From assembly GCA_964016885.1 (NCBI GenBank), contig OZ024740.1, positions 408,890,001-408,954,000 on the forward strand: a stretch of DNA of 64,000 bases, in the 5' to 3' direction. Shown here piece by piece: positions 1 through 14,060 of this stretch. Each line of letters starts with the position of its first letter. The stretch's first letter is position 1. The notes beneath the pieces were generated by a model. That model was not told the origin of the DNA, did no database searches, and saw only the letters and a program-made list of their open reading frames with translations. A program made the translations under genes and the position numbers. This DNA is from Eledone cirrhosa (taxonomy: Eukaryota).

Positions 1-1537
1 AGTCTACATTTAATGCAGCCATTGTTTCTCTCCAGGTCAACCCTGATCCAACAGACCTATTATCAAAGATTTCTCAGTTTTTTGTATAGTTTATTAAGAA
101 CTAGATTATTCAGTGTATGAGGGTTTCTTTATGGTGTGAGTTTTTGACCTGCGAGAAATAGCCAAATCTTTTAATAATACTCTACCATATGATACAAATG
201 ATGGATTTGTAAGTTATCTACATTCATTTGATTGGTTGACAATTGTGCTCCAAATGTCAGGTTGAAATTACTTAACTGTGACCATCATCAAATACAAGCA
301 TTTGATTTAAGCACCGTTTTCTACAAATAGAATATTTCTCAAATATTTTGAGCATTTAGAAAAGGTGGAAATAGTCTTTTGGATCAGATGAATGTAACAT
401 GTATTTTCTATTCTCCCTCCACTAGTATCCAGTAGCCATATGAACTTCCGGTTCAAGGAGATACTGGGGATATTTTAGGAAAATAAGCTAGAAAATAAAC
501 CTATAACTTTCCAACTGTTGTTTCTGCCTCACATTTATCTATACAATTGCTACCAAATAACTTGTGATGGTGCATGGTCTGGTGTTTAGGGTGCTGAACT
601 CATAACCATAAGGTCACAGGTTTGATTCCTTAAAAGTAGAGCACGTTATGCTATTGAGCAAGATACTTCATTTCATGTTACTTTTCATGACAGGATTGAG
701 GCCCCTATCATTAAAACACCCAAGAAACCTCCTCGGAGATGCAACTAAACTTGCATAGGTAGGAGCCCTAAAAATTTACGAAATATAACCAAATTTAAAA
801 ATGTTTAGTGCTTGCCCCAAAGACAGCATGATGTCAGCAATGGTATATATACATAAGGTACTATTGTTGATTCTTTTTCTTCTGTTTACATATGTATTTC
901 TCAAATCAATTTGGCTTGATTCCCAAATAATGGTTTCTGATTTAAACACAAGGCCAACAATTTTTGGGGAGAGGGTAAGTTGACTAAATTAACTCCAGTA
1001 CATTATTTTATTGAACTTGTAAGGATGAAAAGTAAAGCTAACCTTGGTGAAATTTGAACTCAGAATGTAAAGGGTCGTAACTATATGCTGCAAAGCATAA
1101 CTTGTCTGACACTCTACTGATACTGCCAATCCATCACCCTTTTGATCCCCCATATCACTGTATGGCTCCAATTCAGGGTGTTGTGAAACCTGGCTAAATA
1201 GAATCAGTAACATACATGCTCACATTTCTAAGATTAATTAAGAGTCACAATTTGTGTTGGCTTAAACTGTTTGTGTGCATATTTCTATGAAGTTTGAAAA
1301 GCAATTGAGAATTTGGAAAGATTTAGTAAAATAAACTTTTTCATTATTAAGTTTGTGTTTAGAAACATAACTTAAAATGTTCTTCAATGAAAATATGTTG
1401 GAAGCTTTTTAAATGGGAACACTAAAACAGTTTTGTATCAAAGAACCAGAGTGGTATTCTTAAGTAGGTTCCTATCAAAAAGGTTAAATATACTCTAAGA
1501 GTATCAGGCGGCAAGATTCTGGTCAACAACTGGTTTA

Positions 1538-1759
1538 CCTCTTTAGCATTCACATTACTCTATATATACTATTGTATTTTCGTGTTAAAGGCTTTACCTC
1601 ACATAATTATCTGACATAATATTGAATCTATGAGATTTTGATATTATATATTTTGAGAATAATACCTTAAGATCAGTATGAACGGCTAGTTACAGCCAGT
1701 TTGAACAGAAAGAGGTGAGATAATTCTGGGCGGATATGGCCAGTTTAAATGCTAAAGGG
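1538..1759. mobile_element. piggyBac-type MITE (~220 bp family), copy 1
   Basis: Ends CCTCTTTAGCATT...AATGCTAAAGGG|TTAA; internal sequence shared with four other copies. Confidence 0.8.
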
Positions 1760-2954
1760 TTAAAGAGGAAGGGAAAAAGAAAAAAAAGATTAAGGAATCC
1801 TCTAAGAGCACTGAACTGGAAAAGATAGGGAAGTTGAGAGATGCAGAAAACAGGGCAGCATATTAGAATAATAAAAGCTTCTACTACTACACTGGAATAA
1901 TGAGAGAAATATTTTTTAAACATTTCATGTATATTCCAACCATAGGAGTAAAAGGGTAATAACATATTTTTGCATACTTTAACCCCTTTCCATTAGGAAA
2001 GCCAACTATATATGCTTGTACCTTTTGTTTTTATTATTGGACACCCAATATAAATATAGAAGTATAATGGTTGTAGTAGTAATGGTGATTCTAATATCTA
2101 AAATGTCATGAGTCACTGACCCAGAAATATATTTTTCATATTAAAATATTAAAATCCCTGGTAGGATTGTTTTTGTGAAGATATTTTCTATGAAAGAATG
2201 GATACAAAAGTGTTCATTATATACTTAAACTCATACAAATATGTGTGTGTGTACGCATGCACACGTGTGTGTACGCGTGCACACGTGTGTGTGTACATTT
2301 ATTTACAGTTTTGTGTTTGAATATGTGTACATACACACACATTCAACTGCAGGCTCACACATTTTTAATATTACACATATAAAACAATAAGTATGTTATG
2401 ATTAAAAGATGCTAAAGATGATATACTTTTTTGTGTGCACATAATGATGATAATAATAATAATAATAATAATAGTGATAATAATAGTAGTAGTAATAATA
2501 ATACTAATAATAATATTTAAGCCATAATGGACCCAGCTGCTTTGTAAGAACCCATTTTGTATTATTCATTTTCTCTCTCTCTCTTCATGGGGTCATTCTC
2601 TAATATTATTTGTACTAAGCTCTTCATTTACTACATAAACACCATGTCTGTGTCAACCTGACACTCACAACTAGAAATAAACATTAATGTACCCCCCCAA
2701 TATTGGGTGTATGTCTTTATATGAGAATGTATGTCTATGGGGACTCAGGAGGTTCTGTTTCAATTTTCAAGCTGGTTATCAAAACAAAATTGATAGTATT
2801 TTTGTTGTTTTGCAATTTTCAGGTTTGACAAAAAAAAAAACCAGTCTTTGATGTTTTAACGAACTCATTATTTCTTTTACTTACACATGTCAATATATCT
2901 TTTTTATTCCCCACTGATGAATTTTTTTTATTTTTTATTATCTTTATTTAACAG

Positions 2955-3060
2955 AAAGAAATTCAGGCTATGAGCCACTGTAAACATGAGAATGTGGTCG
3001 CCTATTACACATCATTTGTAGTGAAAGAAGAGCTTTGGGTTGTTATGAAGCTGTGTGGAG
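2955..3060 (+). CDS. OXSR1: OSR1/SPAK-family STE20 kinase, internal exon (alphaC to hinge); 3' boundary uncertain (3060 or 3063)
   Basis: Polypyrimidine tract and ACAG acceptor, then [36 protein letters not shown], close to vertebrate OSR1 [37 protein letters not shown]. The only in-phase GT donor is GTGGGT at 3061. Confidence 0.92.
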
Positions 3061-4409
3061 GTGGGTAACTATTTTATTTGAAATCGATATAATGATGCTT
3101 CTGAAAGGAATCACTGCTGATAAATGTTTCAACAAAGCTATACTTGTATTTACATTATTTTTATTTAAACTTATTTATTTTTTATTTTCAGACATTTTTT
3201 TTTATTTTTCATAAAAATGGAAATATGAATTATAACATATATATGATGATGATTGAAATATATTTATTTCCAGTATGTTGTAACAAACTCAATAACATGT
3301 AAAAGTATCTATCTATCTACCCCCCCCCCCTCTCTGTTTATATTGTTATACTTTGGGAGGGTCATGCTGTCAATAAAAACACACCTGTTGGTTTTCAATT
3401 GAATTTATTACAAATTTCCAGTTGGTTGGTTTAATAACCGGATGGTTGTTTATTTATTGTCAAAGCCCTTTCGTCACACATTCTGTGACCTCCTCAGTCT
3501 TGAGTCTTTCCTTTGTTCTGTCCTACACTATCTTGTTTTTGTGTACACAAGTCAAATTGCATATGGCTATTGGCCAACCCAAGGCTACAATAGAAAAAAT
3601 CTGCCTAAGGTACCATGTAGTAGAGCTGAACTTGAAACCATGTAGTTGCAAAGAAAACTCCTTAACTACCTAACCATGCCTGCATATGTCTCTCTTTGAA
3701 CATGTTTAATACAGGAAACAATAAAAAGCAAAAATGTACAAGATTGTACACTAGTTGTCTTAACCATCTGTGAATAAGCAATAATGTCTAGCTGTTAGAA
3801 ACAATTTTCTCTGATGGTTCATTTAAATATTTGAATTTCTGAAACCATTCAACTCATAGCAGTCAAGAGCAATATTGGAATCAATTAAAAAAAATTCACT
3901 CTTAAAATTTAAATCTCACTGTAGTTTTCAAAGAATGAGATCTTTGTTTTGTTATATATATATATATATATAGTTGCATTGATATTAATATTGTGTGTTT
4001 CTATCTGTAAAGTTGTAAATTTATGAAGAATGTTGAATGTTTGTTAAATGTATAAAACATTGTTGCCCTTGTGGCAGGTTTTGGCTTGGAATTCTAAAAT
4101 GTTTATATATCTTTTAAAATTAAAGTCACTCTGACCTTAACAGCCAGGATATCAACATTCACAAAATGCTCATTACTCAGAATATTTTGTAATATCTAGA
4201 AGCTCCCACTAATTAGATGAACTCCCCAGGTGGTTGAGGGTTGACATAAATGCAAATGACATTTAAAACTTTGTTAATGGATGAGGGCAGTATTTGGAAA
4301 ACCATCTGGGGTTTGACACTGTAGACTGCCTACTCTATGAAGGGTCAAACAATGTTCCACAATCACATCAGAAACTGAATCCCATTGGGTCTTAATTTAG
4401 GATGCTAGA

Positions 4410-5092
4410 ATATTACCCACGTGAACGGCAAAGCATAAATGAACTAAGTGAGAAATTAGGAATAAGAGGGATCAGATGCTGTTTACTTGAAAGAAGACTA
4501 CGTTGGTATGGTCACGTGATGCGCATGAAAGACGACAGCTGTATAAAAAAGTGCAGGGCGATCAAAATTGACGGTAGTTACGGAGTAGGTAGACCCAGAA
4601 AAACCTGGGATGATCTGATAAATTCCGACCTCACACACTTGCACCTCTCTAAGACAATGTCACTGGACCGAGATCTTTGGCGCTACACAGTAATATAGAA
4701 GACCCGCCTTGCCTATGTACAAAGCGAAACCTACAGTCAGTAGGCACGTCTTAACCAAATATACACCCCAATCTACTACCCCTACCCTATCCTCCCACTC
4801 CCACCAACAGCACGAGAAAATGAGATCGAGATCGTGTAGGTGTCACGACAAAAAAAACACACAGTCCACACTGTAATGTGGCTGTGTAGGTAACACGGTA
4901 AAAATTTCCTAGTTCCACACTCTAAATGTGGTTGATGTTAGGAAGGGCATCCAGCCGTAGAAAACCTGCCAGATAGTCCTATATGAGCGAGACACGGTCA
5001 CCTGACCAGCTTTGCCTCAAGTGGGACAACTCCCGTCTAACCCATGCTAGCGTGGAAAATGGACGTTAAACGAAGATGATGATGATGATGAT
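4410..5092 (+). mobile_element. RTE-clade LINE 3' fragment with 3' UTR and (GAT)n tail
   Basis: ERRLRWYGHVMRM...GRPRKTWDD is typical of the RTE ORF C-terminus; ends GGAAAATGGACGTTAAAC-(GAT)n. Confidence 0.88.
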
Positions 5093-5141
5093 AGTAATGA
5101 TTTCCAGCTTTTCTATGCACATCTCTTTGTGCTTATCTTAA

Positions 5142-6151
5142 CCCATTAGCATTTACATTACTCTATATATATATTACTAGCAGTAAAGCCCGGCGTTGCT
5201 CGGGGTCGCTCAGTAGCTGTGTTAAAGTTACAATGTTAAGTTTCTTTTTTGGCTTAAAGTCTGTCTGCACGACTGTCTGTCTGCACGCCTAACGAAATTT
5301 ACAGATACATATATTTTTGTTTTACGTAGTCTTTAAATAGACTTGTTTTCAAGTAAAAATATTGTTTTAAAAGGCTTTTAAATGGAAATGAAGCAAAACG
5401 GAAGCTTAGTGTTCGAACTGATGAATTTTGCAGGTCAAAATTTTGTTGGCTCGACAACTGTTCGTGTATTGTGTTAATGTCATTTTAAACGCTGAGAAAG
5501 CCAGCGTAATTTTTTTAATTTTTGCATGCAGAAAATGTAAACAGAACGTAGACGCTCAATGTAAACAGAACAAAGGGAAATAACTCGTCACTTACGCTCA
5601 AAAATCGATACATTAGATTCGATTTCGTCACATAGGGTGGGTCAATTTGAAATATTTTTTTTCCGATGTTTTCGCTAGGGCTCAATGTACAAGTATAGCA
5701 ATTTCGGTGCAATTCCGTCAGAGATTCTAAGAGGAGATGTGTGCCAAAAATCGATAGACAGACAGACAACCACAGCTTTATATATATAGATGACATAATC
5801 AAAAACAAGAACTTATTTGAAAATTTATTTGACCGATGGTTCCGCCGGACCTTCATCTATAAGTGTAGCAATTTCACCGAAATTTGAACGTACGGTTTAA
5901 GAGGAGATGTGTGCCGAAGGTTTTAGTAGACAGACAGACAACCTCAGTTTTATATATATAGATTGTATATTTTGTTGTAAAGGCTTTATTTTACATAATT
6001 GTATCACATAATATGAAATCTACAAGATTTTGATGTTATTTATTTTGAGAACAATATCTCAACATCAGTATGAGTGGCCAGTTATGGCAAGCTTGAACAG
6101 AAAGAAGTGAGAGAATTCTGGCCGGACACGGCTGGTTTTAATGCTAAAGGG
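5142..6151. mobile_element. piggyBac-type MITE copy 2, split by a Helitron
   Basis: TTAA|CCCATTAGCATT...AATGCTAAAGGG|TTAG; removing 5177-5962 restores the family sequence. Confidence 0.85.
5177..5962 (-). mobile_element. Non-autonomous Helitron
   Basis: On the minus strand it starts TCTATATATATAAA and ends CTAG, with a GC-rich hairpin (CCCGAGCAACGCCGGG) just upstream; inserted between A and T with no TSD. Confidence 0.88.
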
Positions 6152-7213
6152 TTAGAGCATTGATTCTGTTTGATTTAATCAGAGAGCAGGTTTCATAGTT
6201 ACTTCACAGTTGAATAGTTAACAATAAGAATTCATCCACCTGTAAAATCAATTGTTTTACAAACACACATACTGTACATGCTGATTTTAAGAGTAGCTTT
6301 TCATAATAAACAAACTACTCGAATGTAAGCCAAGGAAATTTTATGTCAAAGTTGATGGTAAAATGGGGGTTGGAGGGTGATGGTGGCTTGTATTTGGGGT
6401 CAATATTTTGATGATTTTCACCATCTTCAAATTCTACGTAAATAAAGCACTAACATATCTGGAGTGATTATTTCACAATGAAACACTGTTTTTCTACATT
6501 TACTATATTGTCATGAGTTTTATTTATGCAATGCCTTGAGAACATTTCCAACAAATTTTTTATTTGAACCTTTTAATACATAAATACCCTCTACACATAC
6601 ATGCACTAACTGTTGTTCTCTGTGAGTTATACTTTTTCTTTCAGTCTTGTTTTGTTTTATTTCGCTTTCTCTCTGCCTCTCCTTTCTCTTGCTTACTGTC
6701 TCTGCCCCCCCCCCCCCCCCCCCCACTCCGAATCCTTATATAGTGCTCTCTTAGTTGACCTCTTTCGACTATTCCCTATTCATTTCGATATCTCCCTAGT
6801 ATTTTTAAAGATCTCCATAATGGTTAAAGAAAATCTTTTTTTTTAAATACTACCTTGAACTAAAAATATATCTCCATTATCTCAAGCTTATTTATTTTAT
6901 AATTATAAAGAAATAAAATTTTCCAAACATATGGGAGAGGGTTATCTTATTTTCACTTGGGGGTTTTGTCCCTACCTCGCAGTGATTATCGTGCATGTGT
7001 AACAGCTTTCTGTCAAAAATGGTTCACACAAAATGTTAATGGATGATGGGACTAACCTAGAGTTACAAGTTGAATGGTTTATTGTTGACTAAAACTAATG
7101 TCTCCTCACAAATAATTTCAATGATTGAAGTCTCTGCTGTATGTATATGAATATATGTACAAGCAGGGAATAGTGGATGTAAAATGATGATAATGATGAT
7201 ATGTCTATACACT

Positions 7214-7246
<33 letters not shown>

Positions 7247-8689
7247 TCTCTCTCTCTCATATATATAAAAGGTAAACAAATAACAAAACAAATATGGAAG
7301 AAATATATTAGTTAAACACTTGAAATATATAGTGTAGAAGCTCTGCCTCACTCCCATCACTGCCTTCTTACCTTGGCCGAAGATGACAAAATGTGGAAGT
7401 GTTGGTGCCACAATAAAAAGTACCCAGTCACTCCTGTTAGCTTGTCGTACTGAAATCATGATAATATTCTCCCAGTACATGCTATGAAATGGTTGGCATT
7501 AAGAAGGGTATCTAGCCTTAGAAACCAAACCAAACCAAAAGCAGAATGTGCAAGCAAGATGTCCCCTGACTCATCTAGCCTCAGCATGTAACAATCCATG
7601 TAGCCTGTGCAAGCATAGAAAATAGGCATTAAACAGCGATGATGATGATGATGATGATAGGGCATCCTGTTATAAAACCCCTGCATCAAAACATGACATA
7701 CAACAGATGGCTGGTCTTCTAGGTTATTGTGCATGTATAAAGAAGTATGTGTAAAATGATGTATATATATATGATATATATAGTATACATCTCTAAATGC
7801 AGGATGAAAGGGTATATGAGAATGTATGAAAAGCAAGCAGCTATTTATTCACTTTTAATACTCTTTCCTATTTACTTTGTGACTGCATTCACATTCAGTT
7901 TCAACACACACAAGCACGACTGCATAATTCATTGAAAAAGTTACCTTGACAACAAAATATGCTAGAGAGTAAGTTTATTATAAATTCTTCAGCCAGTTAT
8001 CTTGGTAAACAATTTAATGGTGTGTTAAATCTATTAGTAAAAGACCAACAAAACAAAACCCACCTTAAATGCAATGCTAAATATTATTTTGTATGTGTCA
8101 TAAAACTGCACTAATGGCACCCATATCAGGTAGTTCTGTAGCTGATTGATTGATTGTACTGTCATTGTGATTTACTTGTTTACACTATATTGGCTGTTGG
8201 AAAATGTTGGCCATCTCTGCTAAATTTTGATGCTATGTAGACAAGTGTTTTTTTTAAAAATACTATGTAAGCAGTAATTCTAGTGCAGTTTTAAGGAGGA
8301 CATCACCATCACCGCTGTTTAACATCTATTTTTCATGCTTGTATGAGTTTAAGGGTTGTTATATGAAGGTCAGGGGACTATGTCTTGCTCATATGTTCCA
8401 TTTTTGGCTTGTTTTTTCTATGGCTGGATGCCCTTCCTAACACCAACCACATTATAGTGTGTGTGGGGAACTTCTGTGGTACCGATACAATCACCTTATA
8501 GTCTGTGTTTGGAAGTTCAAGCTGGTCTACATATTTACCATTTATCAGGATTTGAATTCAGAGCAAAATAGAATATAACTAAATACTACAGGACATTTTG
8601 CCTAGCATTCTATTCATTCCCACCCATAGCCATGTCAGCTAATAATGATAATAATAATCACTTCTAACATTGGCTCATTATTTCCAGTA

Positions 8690-8882
8690 GGGGCGGTGGA
8701 TTGGCAGTATCAGTAGAGGATCGGGTACCATGCTTTGACGCATAGAGTTACGGCCCTTGCTATTCTGAGTTCAAATCCCACCGAGGTTAACTTTGTCTTT
8801 CATTCTTACGGGGTCGATAAAATAAAGTACCAGTAATGCACTGGGTAATTGCTGGCCTTGTGCCAAAAGTAGAAACAATTAT
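8690..8882 (+). mobile_element. tRNA-like SINE family A, full length, with TSD
   Basis: GGGCGGTGGATTGGCAG (A-box-like), GAGTTCAAATCCC (B box), ends CCAAAAGTAGAAAC; TSD ATTATTTCCAGT. Confidence 0.88.
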
Positions 8883-11638
8883 TTCCAGTTGAATGGACTG
8901 GAACAATATGAAATAATGCAATTCCGGGAATCAGACTTACAATTGTGAACTGAACAACTTAAGCATTAAACCACATGTCTTAATATCATCATCATTATTT
9001 TACTTTTAATTTCCACCTTGGCATGAGTTAGATGGGCTGTAATGGTCCAAGACCAAATGGGTTGGATTGATTTCACCTTGTTTATTACATTCATGCTAGT
9101 GTGGAAGATAGACGTTAAACGATGATGATGATGATGATGATGATTTGAGATGGTTTCTATGGCTGTGTGCTCTTCCTAGCACCAATTTCCTTACATAGTG
9201 TAGTGGGTGCATTTTTGCAGCACCATTACTACCATTTTACAGATTGGACTGGATGCATTTTATCATATCAGCAATATTAACACTTTACAGATTGTACTGG
9301 CTGAATTTTATCATGACTTCAGCAGTAGAAAGCTTGGTACATACTTGGCCAGATTGAAGAGTCTTCTCAAACTCTATATTGTCTCTGTTCAATTGCCAAA
9401 CATTGTTTTATGAGATATAACAGCAACTAACAAAATTTGTTGGGATTTACATAGAAATCAAATAAATAGAAAGTGACAGTATACATACAATACATTTGCA
9501 TAATGAAATCCCTAAAGGAGGACTGCCACTAGACACCCCATGCATCCATGATTACTAGATCTACCAATGATAAGTAACTTCTTCCAGTATTCTTACACCT
9601 ATAAGTGTATGCTGAGTGTAGGCTCATACACTTGGGCCATACTCATCACTCCCCAACTTTTCAACTAATTTACTGGAATGCAACACCTCCACTCTCACCT
9701 TGCTCTCCAATGGAACTTAAAAAGGTTGCTGAGGTCTTAGTAGAAGAGTAAAGTGTCAGTCCTCAGTCATCCTTTCTGTCTACCACACACCAACTTTTGT
9801 TATATGCACCAGACAGAAAACTGCTTCTGCTTTCCTGCCAAAAGAAGGCAGCTTGCTCTTCATGATGAACAGCTGATAGTCAATAGTTGTTCCATATAAC
9901 ACACACCCATAGCTATTCCATATAAATCCAAATAATAACTCTCCCCCTTGTTATATCTCTGCTTTTCTACCTTCCTAGGTCAATAAATCCAGCAAAGTCA
10001 ACAATAGTCGTTCTTGAACACTGATTCTACAGGTAGTGCAAGACATTTCATCTAGACCTCTATCATTTTACGTTTTACAGCAGTTGTTACTACTACTACT
10101 AGTGCTGCTACTACTACCACCACCACCAACAACAACAACAACATCACCACCACTATCACCACTACTACCACCATCACTGATGATAATGATGACGATTTCC
10201 TTTAATCGAGGAACACAAATATATAATTACAAGTGTTTGCAGAAGAGGAAAGAATCTACCTTCGATTTATTGATTTTAATTCAATCAACACCAGCATTGC
10301 TACCATTCTATAGCTTATTTATTGCTTGTTACTGTGCTAGGTCATGATAGGTCTGGGTCACTACTTCATTGAGTCATTACTGCAGTAGCATAGTCTGAAC
10401 TACTTCATTTGTTCTTTTTTCCTTGCAAGTCTGAAGGAAAAAGTCTGTACCCTGTGTCTTTGTCTGGCTATCTGAAGGTGAGAAGTAGATTTTAAGCAAA
10501 GTAGGTGAAGCCGTTGTGGTTAATGTATCACATTTAAATTGTTGTTGTTGTTGGTGGTGGTGGTGGTGGTGGTGGTGGTGGTGGTGGTTGTTTAACCATA
10601 GGTTATTTCTGGTTGAACAGGCCTATGATCAAAGATATTTAAAGGTGTAATTTGAAGGAGATTTTTTAGCATGTAAAGATCTCCTTGTTGCCTTAGTTTT
10701 TAAAGGGTAGAATGAGAGCTCACTTTATAAAGAAAGGGAGCTCTGAAGGCTGAAGTTCTAGATGAACATGGAACAATGACAGAAAAATGCCTTGTAATAT
10801 TTATGCTCCAACTTAATTTTCTGAGTTCAGATTTCATCAGGCTTGACTTTTCCTTCCGTCCTTCATAAAATAAGTACTAGCAATTCTTTCATATTAGCAA
10901 TACTGTGTCAAAGTGATAAATATTATTTTTAAGGGCAGAAGATTTGTGAAGTCAGTAAAATGTTTGACAAAATGCATTAGGATATTCAGTTCTGTGTTGA
11001 AATACTACTGAGTTCAGTTTTACCTTTCATCCTTCTGGTGTCAATAAAATATGACTGTACCTCATCCTGTAATAAATGTAGTATTCATTTATCTCTTTTT
11101 ATATTCTTGGCTTAAATTTAAGGTAGACTTTGTTTTTTTTTTTTATTTCCACTGGCTTGGTGAAATAAGTACAAGTAATACATATTGAGAGTTTATCAAA
11201 TCAACTGTAAACCTATTTTGAATTTGTGGCTTTGTGCCAAAGCTAGAATTCATTATTAGTACTCCTTCAGTGAGGAAGAGCAGGCTTTTGGATTTGTTTG
11301 TGGCCTGTCTTTTGTACAGGGAATAAATTAAACATTTTGTTATGTACATCGGTTCTTTTAATTTCTTCTACCTTCTCCAAAACATAACATTTAATCATTA
11401 GCTTCACCTCTACCACTAACTACTAGTGACCCAGTCGAGTAACCTTTAGCCTTCAGTTTCTCAATGCTCATACTGGAGTAGGTTTGCTAAACATAGATAG
11501 AGCTCTACTTCTTTGTCTGTCTCTCAAAAAACTCGCTGCATCTTTTGTTTCGCCCATGATTTACACTGTCTATATGATGTCGGCTTGATTTGTGTATCAG
11601 CTTATGGTCTTTAATTTCCCTCACCTAGCATAATTCCT

Positions 11639-11710
11639 TTTAAAACGATATGAGAGGGAAGTTTAAAACGATATGAAAGGGAAGTTTAAAACGATATGAA
11701 AGGGAAGTTT
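11639..11710. repeat. 23-bp tandem repeat x3
   Basis: TTTAAAACGATATGARAGGGAAG repeated three times. Confidence 0.85.
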
Positions 11711-11854
11711 AATAGCCATGCTAAAATATATCAGAATAAATGCTTTGACACAAATAAAAAGCTATGGATCAATGCATTTGGTGTTCTGTGAGACAAAGGA
11801 CTTATAATTTGTAATATAAACTTTAGAAAAGTTATTCAGTATTTGTGCCAGCCC

Positions 11855-12190
11855 TTACCTATGGTTATGAATCTTGGGTAATGACCAAAAGAATGCGGGT
11901 GGCTGAAATGGGGGTCTTTGGAGTAATGTAGCTCGGAGATCAGAGAGTGACTCCAAGTAGAGCTGCTATTTCTCCTAATTGAGAGACCACAGCTCTGATA
12001 CTATGGGCATGTGGTTAGAATGTCTCAGGAAAGAATTGCTGGACCGATTTTACAGGAGAAAACAACAGGCAGGAGACCTAGGGGTAGACCTCGAGCAAGA
12101 TGGTCTCGCTTGTTGGCGATGGTTGCTTCTGACAGGACCTTCTGGAAGGAGTGTTTGAGGGCTCTGCCCCCATGACTCTCTTAGGAATAA
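11855..12190 (+). mobile_element. Old RTE-clade LINE 3' fragment
   Basis: Broken frame: YGYESWVMTKRMRVAEMG...YYGHVVRMSQERI...GRRPRGRPRARW. Confidence 0.7.
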
Positions 12191-13132
12191 GTGGGCAAAG
12201 AAAAAGAACTTTAGAAAATTTAATATAAACTTGTGACTCACCTGGATAAGGTGAAAGAAAACTGAAAAACTATATGTAAAGGCTAGGCAAAAAACAAACA
12301 AACTAGGCATCCATTTTAGTTCTCCTCTCTATGTAGGCTTTGCTATTTCAAGGCATATATGTCCAAGAGTATGATTAGAAAGGGAACAATGGCCAAAATC
12401 TTGAAAGATAAGTGAGTATAGATATGAGTGTAAAGGGGAAGCAATGTGATGGGATGTTAGGAAAGGCTGAGGTAGCTATATAGTTGTTAGTCAGAAGTTG
12501 AAAAGAAATCAACCTAAGCAATATAGTGAAACAGCAATAGAGATGTGTTATGATGAGAGAGAGAGTGGGGGTGCAGTAAAATGATGGATAAATAACTATA
12601 GAAGTGTGATAGGAGGCAGGAGTGATATTCTGAAAAACACTCAATATAATGTAACTGTGGTGTAAATATAACAAAAGAAAATAAGATGCAGCAACAAGAA
12701 TAATATTTACACTGTTGTTTTATTTAATATTTAATTTCATTTATTACATCTTTGTAAAGTGGTTGTGAAGGTGTCACGACAAAAAGCATCCAGTCCACAC
12801 TGTAAAGTGGTCATATATGTGTCACTACAAAAACCATCCAGCACACACTGTAAATATAGTTGGCATTAGGAAGGACATCCAGCTGTAGAAATCTTGCCAG
12901 AAACAGTCTTATATGAACAAGACATGGTCACCTGACCCAACTTGCTTCTGATGGGATAACCCATCTAACCCATGCTAGCATGAAAAATAGGCGTTAAATG
13001 ATGATGATGATATTTCATATCAAAACTAATGTTGTTTCTCTTGTATACTTTAAATTATAAATATAAAACCAACAATACTACTAACAGAGTGACAAGATTG
13101 TATCATTATTTTGTTATTTTTCTTTATTGTAG

Positions 13133-13274
13133 GTTCAATGTTAGATATAATTAAGAATCGTATGAAATCAGCAAGCTGTAAGAACGGAGTGCTTGATGAA
13201 GTTTCTATTGCTACTGTAATGAAGGAGGTTTTGAAAGGTTTGGATTATTTCCACAATAATGGACAAATACATCG
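13133..13274 (+). CDS. OXSR1: OSR1/SPAK kinase exon (alphaD-alphaE to HR)
   Basis: TAG acceptor, (G)[46 protein letters not shown](R), GTAAAT donor; 142 bp, phase 1 to phase 2. Confidence 0.95.
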
Positions 13275-13314
13275 GTAAATATAAATTTGATCATTTTTTT
13301 ATAATCATCTTAAC

Positions 13315-13787
13315 GTATGAAAGGCTGGTTATATGATTCCTGTGTGAGGTGCGCGATGCTGCATGGTAGTGAGACATGGGCAACAACTGCAGAGGATATG
13401 CGACGGCTGGACAGAAATGAGGCAAGCATGCTCCGTTGGATGTGCAATGTGCGTGAACGACCGAGCATGGATGTGTTGAGAGAGAAACTGTTTAAGAGGG
13501 ATAAGTTGTAGTGTTCAGGAGAGAAGGCTGTGATGGTATGGACATGTGATGCGCATGGAGGATGACCGTTGGGTAAAGAAGTGCCAAGAAATGCCAGTTG
13601 AAGGAAAACGTAGTAGAGGAAGACCACGAAAAAAACATGGGCGGAGGTGGTGAGAGCAGACCTCAGATCGCTGAAGCTCGCGGTGGAGATGACAAAGGAC
13701 CATGACAAGTGGAGAGATGCTGTGCTGAATAGGACCCGTCCCACCCTTGCAAGCAGGGAAAAGCGGACGTAAAATGATGATGATGAT
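13315..13787 (+). mobile_element. RTE-clade LINE 3' fragment
   Basis: MLHGSETW...LRWMCNV...WYGHVMRM...GRPRK; 3' end CCCACCCTTGCAAGCAGGGAAAAGCGGACGTAAAA(TGA)n. Confidence 0.9.
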
Positions 13788-14060
13788 CTTTCCTTGAAAA
13801 TTCTTGCAATCAATGAAACTTTTTCTTTTGTAACAAATTAGTTTCAAAATTGTAATTGCTGTATAATTGGAAATTATGAAGTTTTAAAAAAAAATGTCTT
13901 GTCTTTATTTTGGTTTGTAGTCCTTAATTAAACATCTTAACAATTTTGTATGGAAGCTATTCAATTTCATGGTTGAGTAGTTGGATTATAATGAGCATCC
14001 ATCAATAATTATATGTAGTTAATTTCAAGGGGCATGTGTGTGTGAGAGAAAAAGAGAGAG

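Noticed and set aside
2241-2297. Alternating purine-pyrimidine tract with small palindromes (Z-DNA-like)
   Set aside because: An ordinary degenerate (CA/TG)n microsatellite in a genome full of them.
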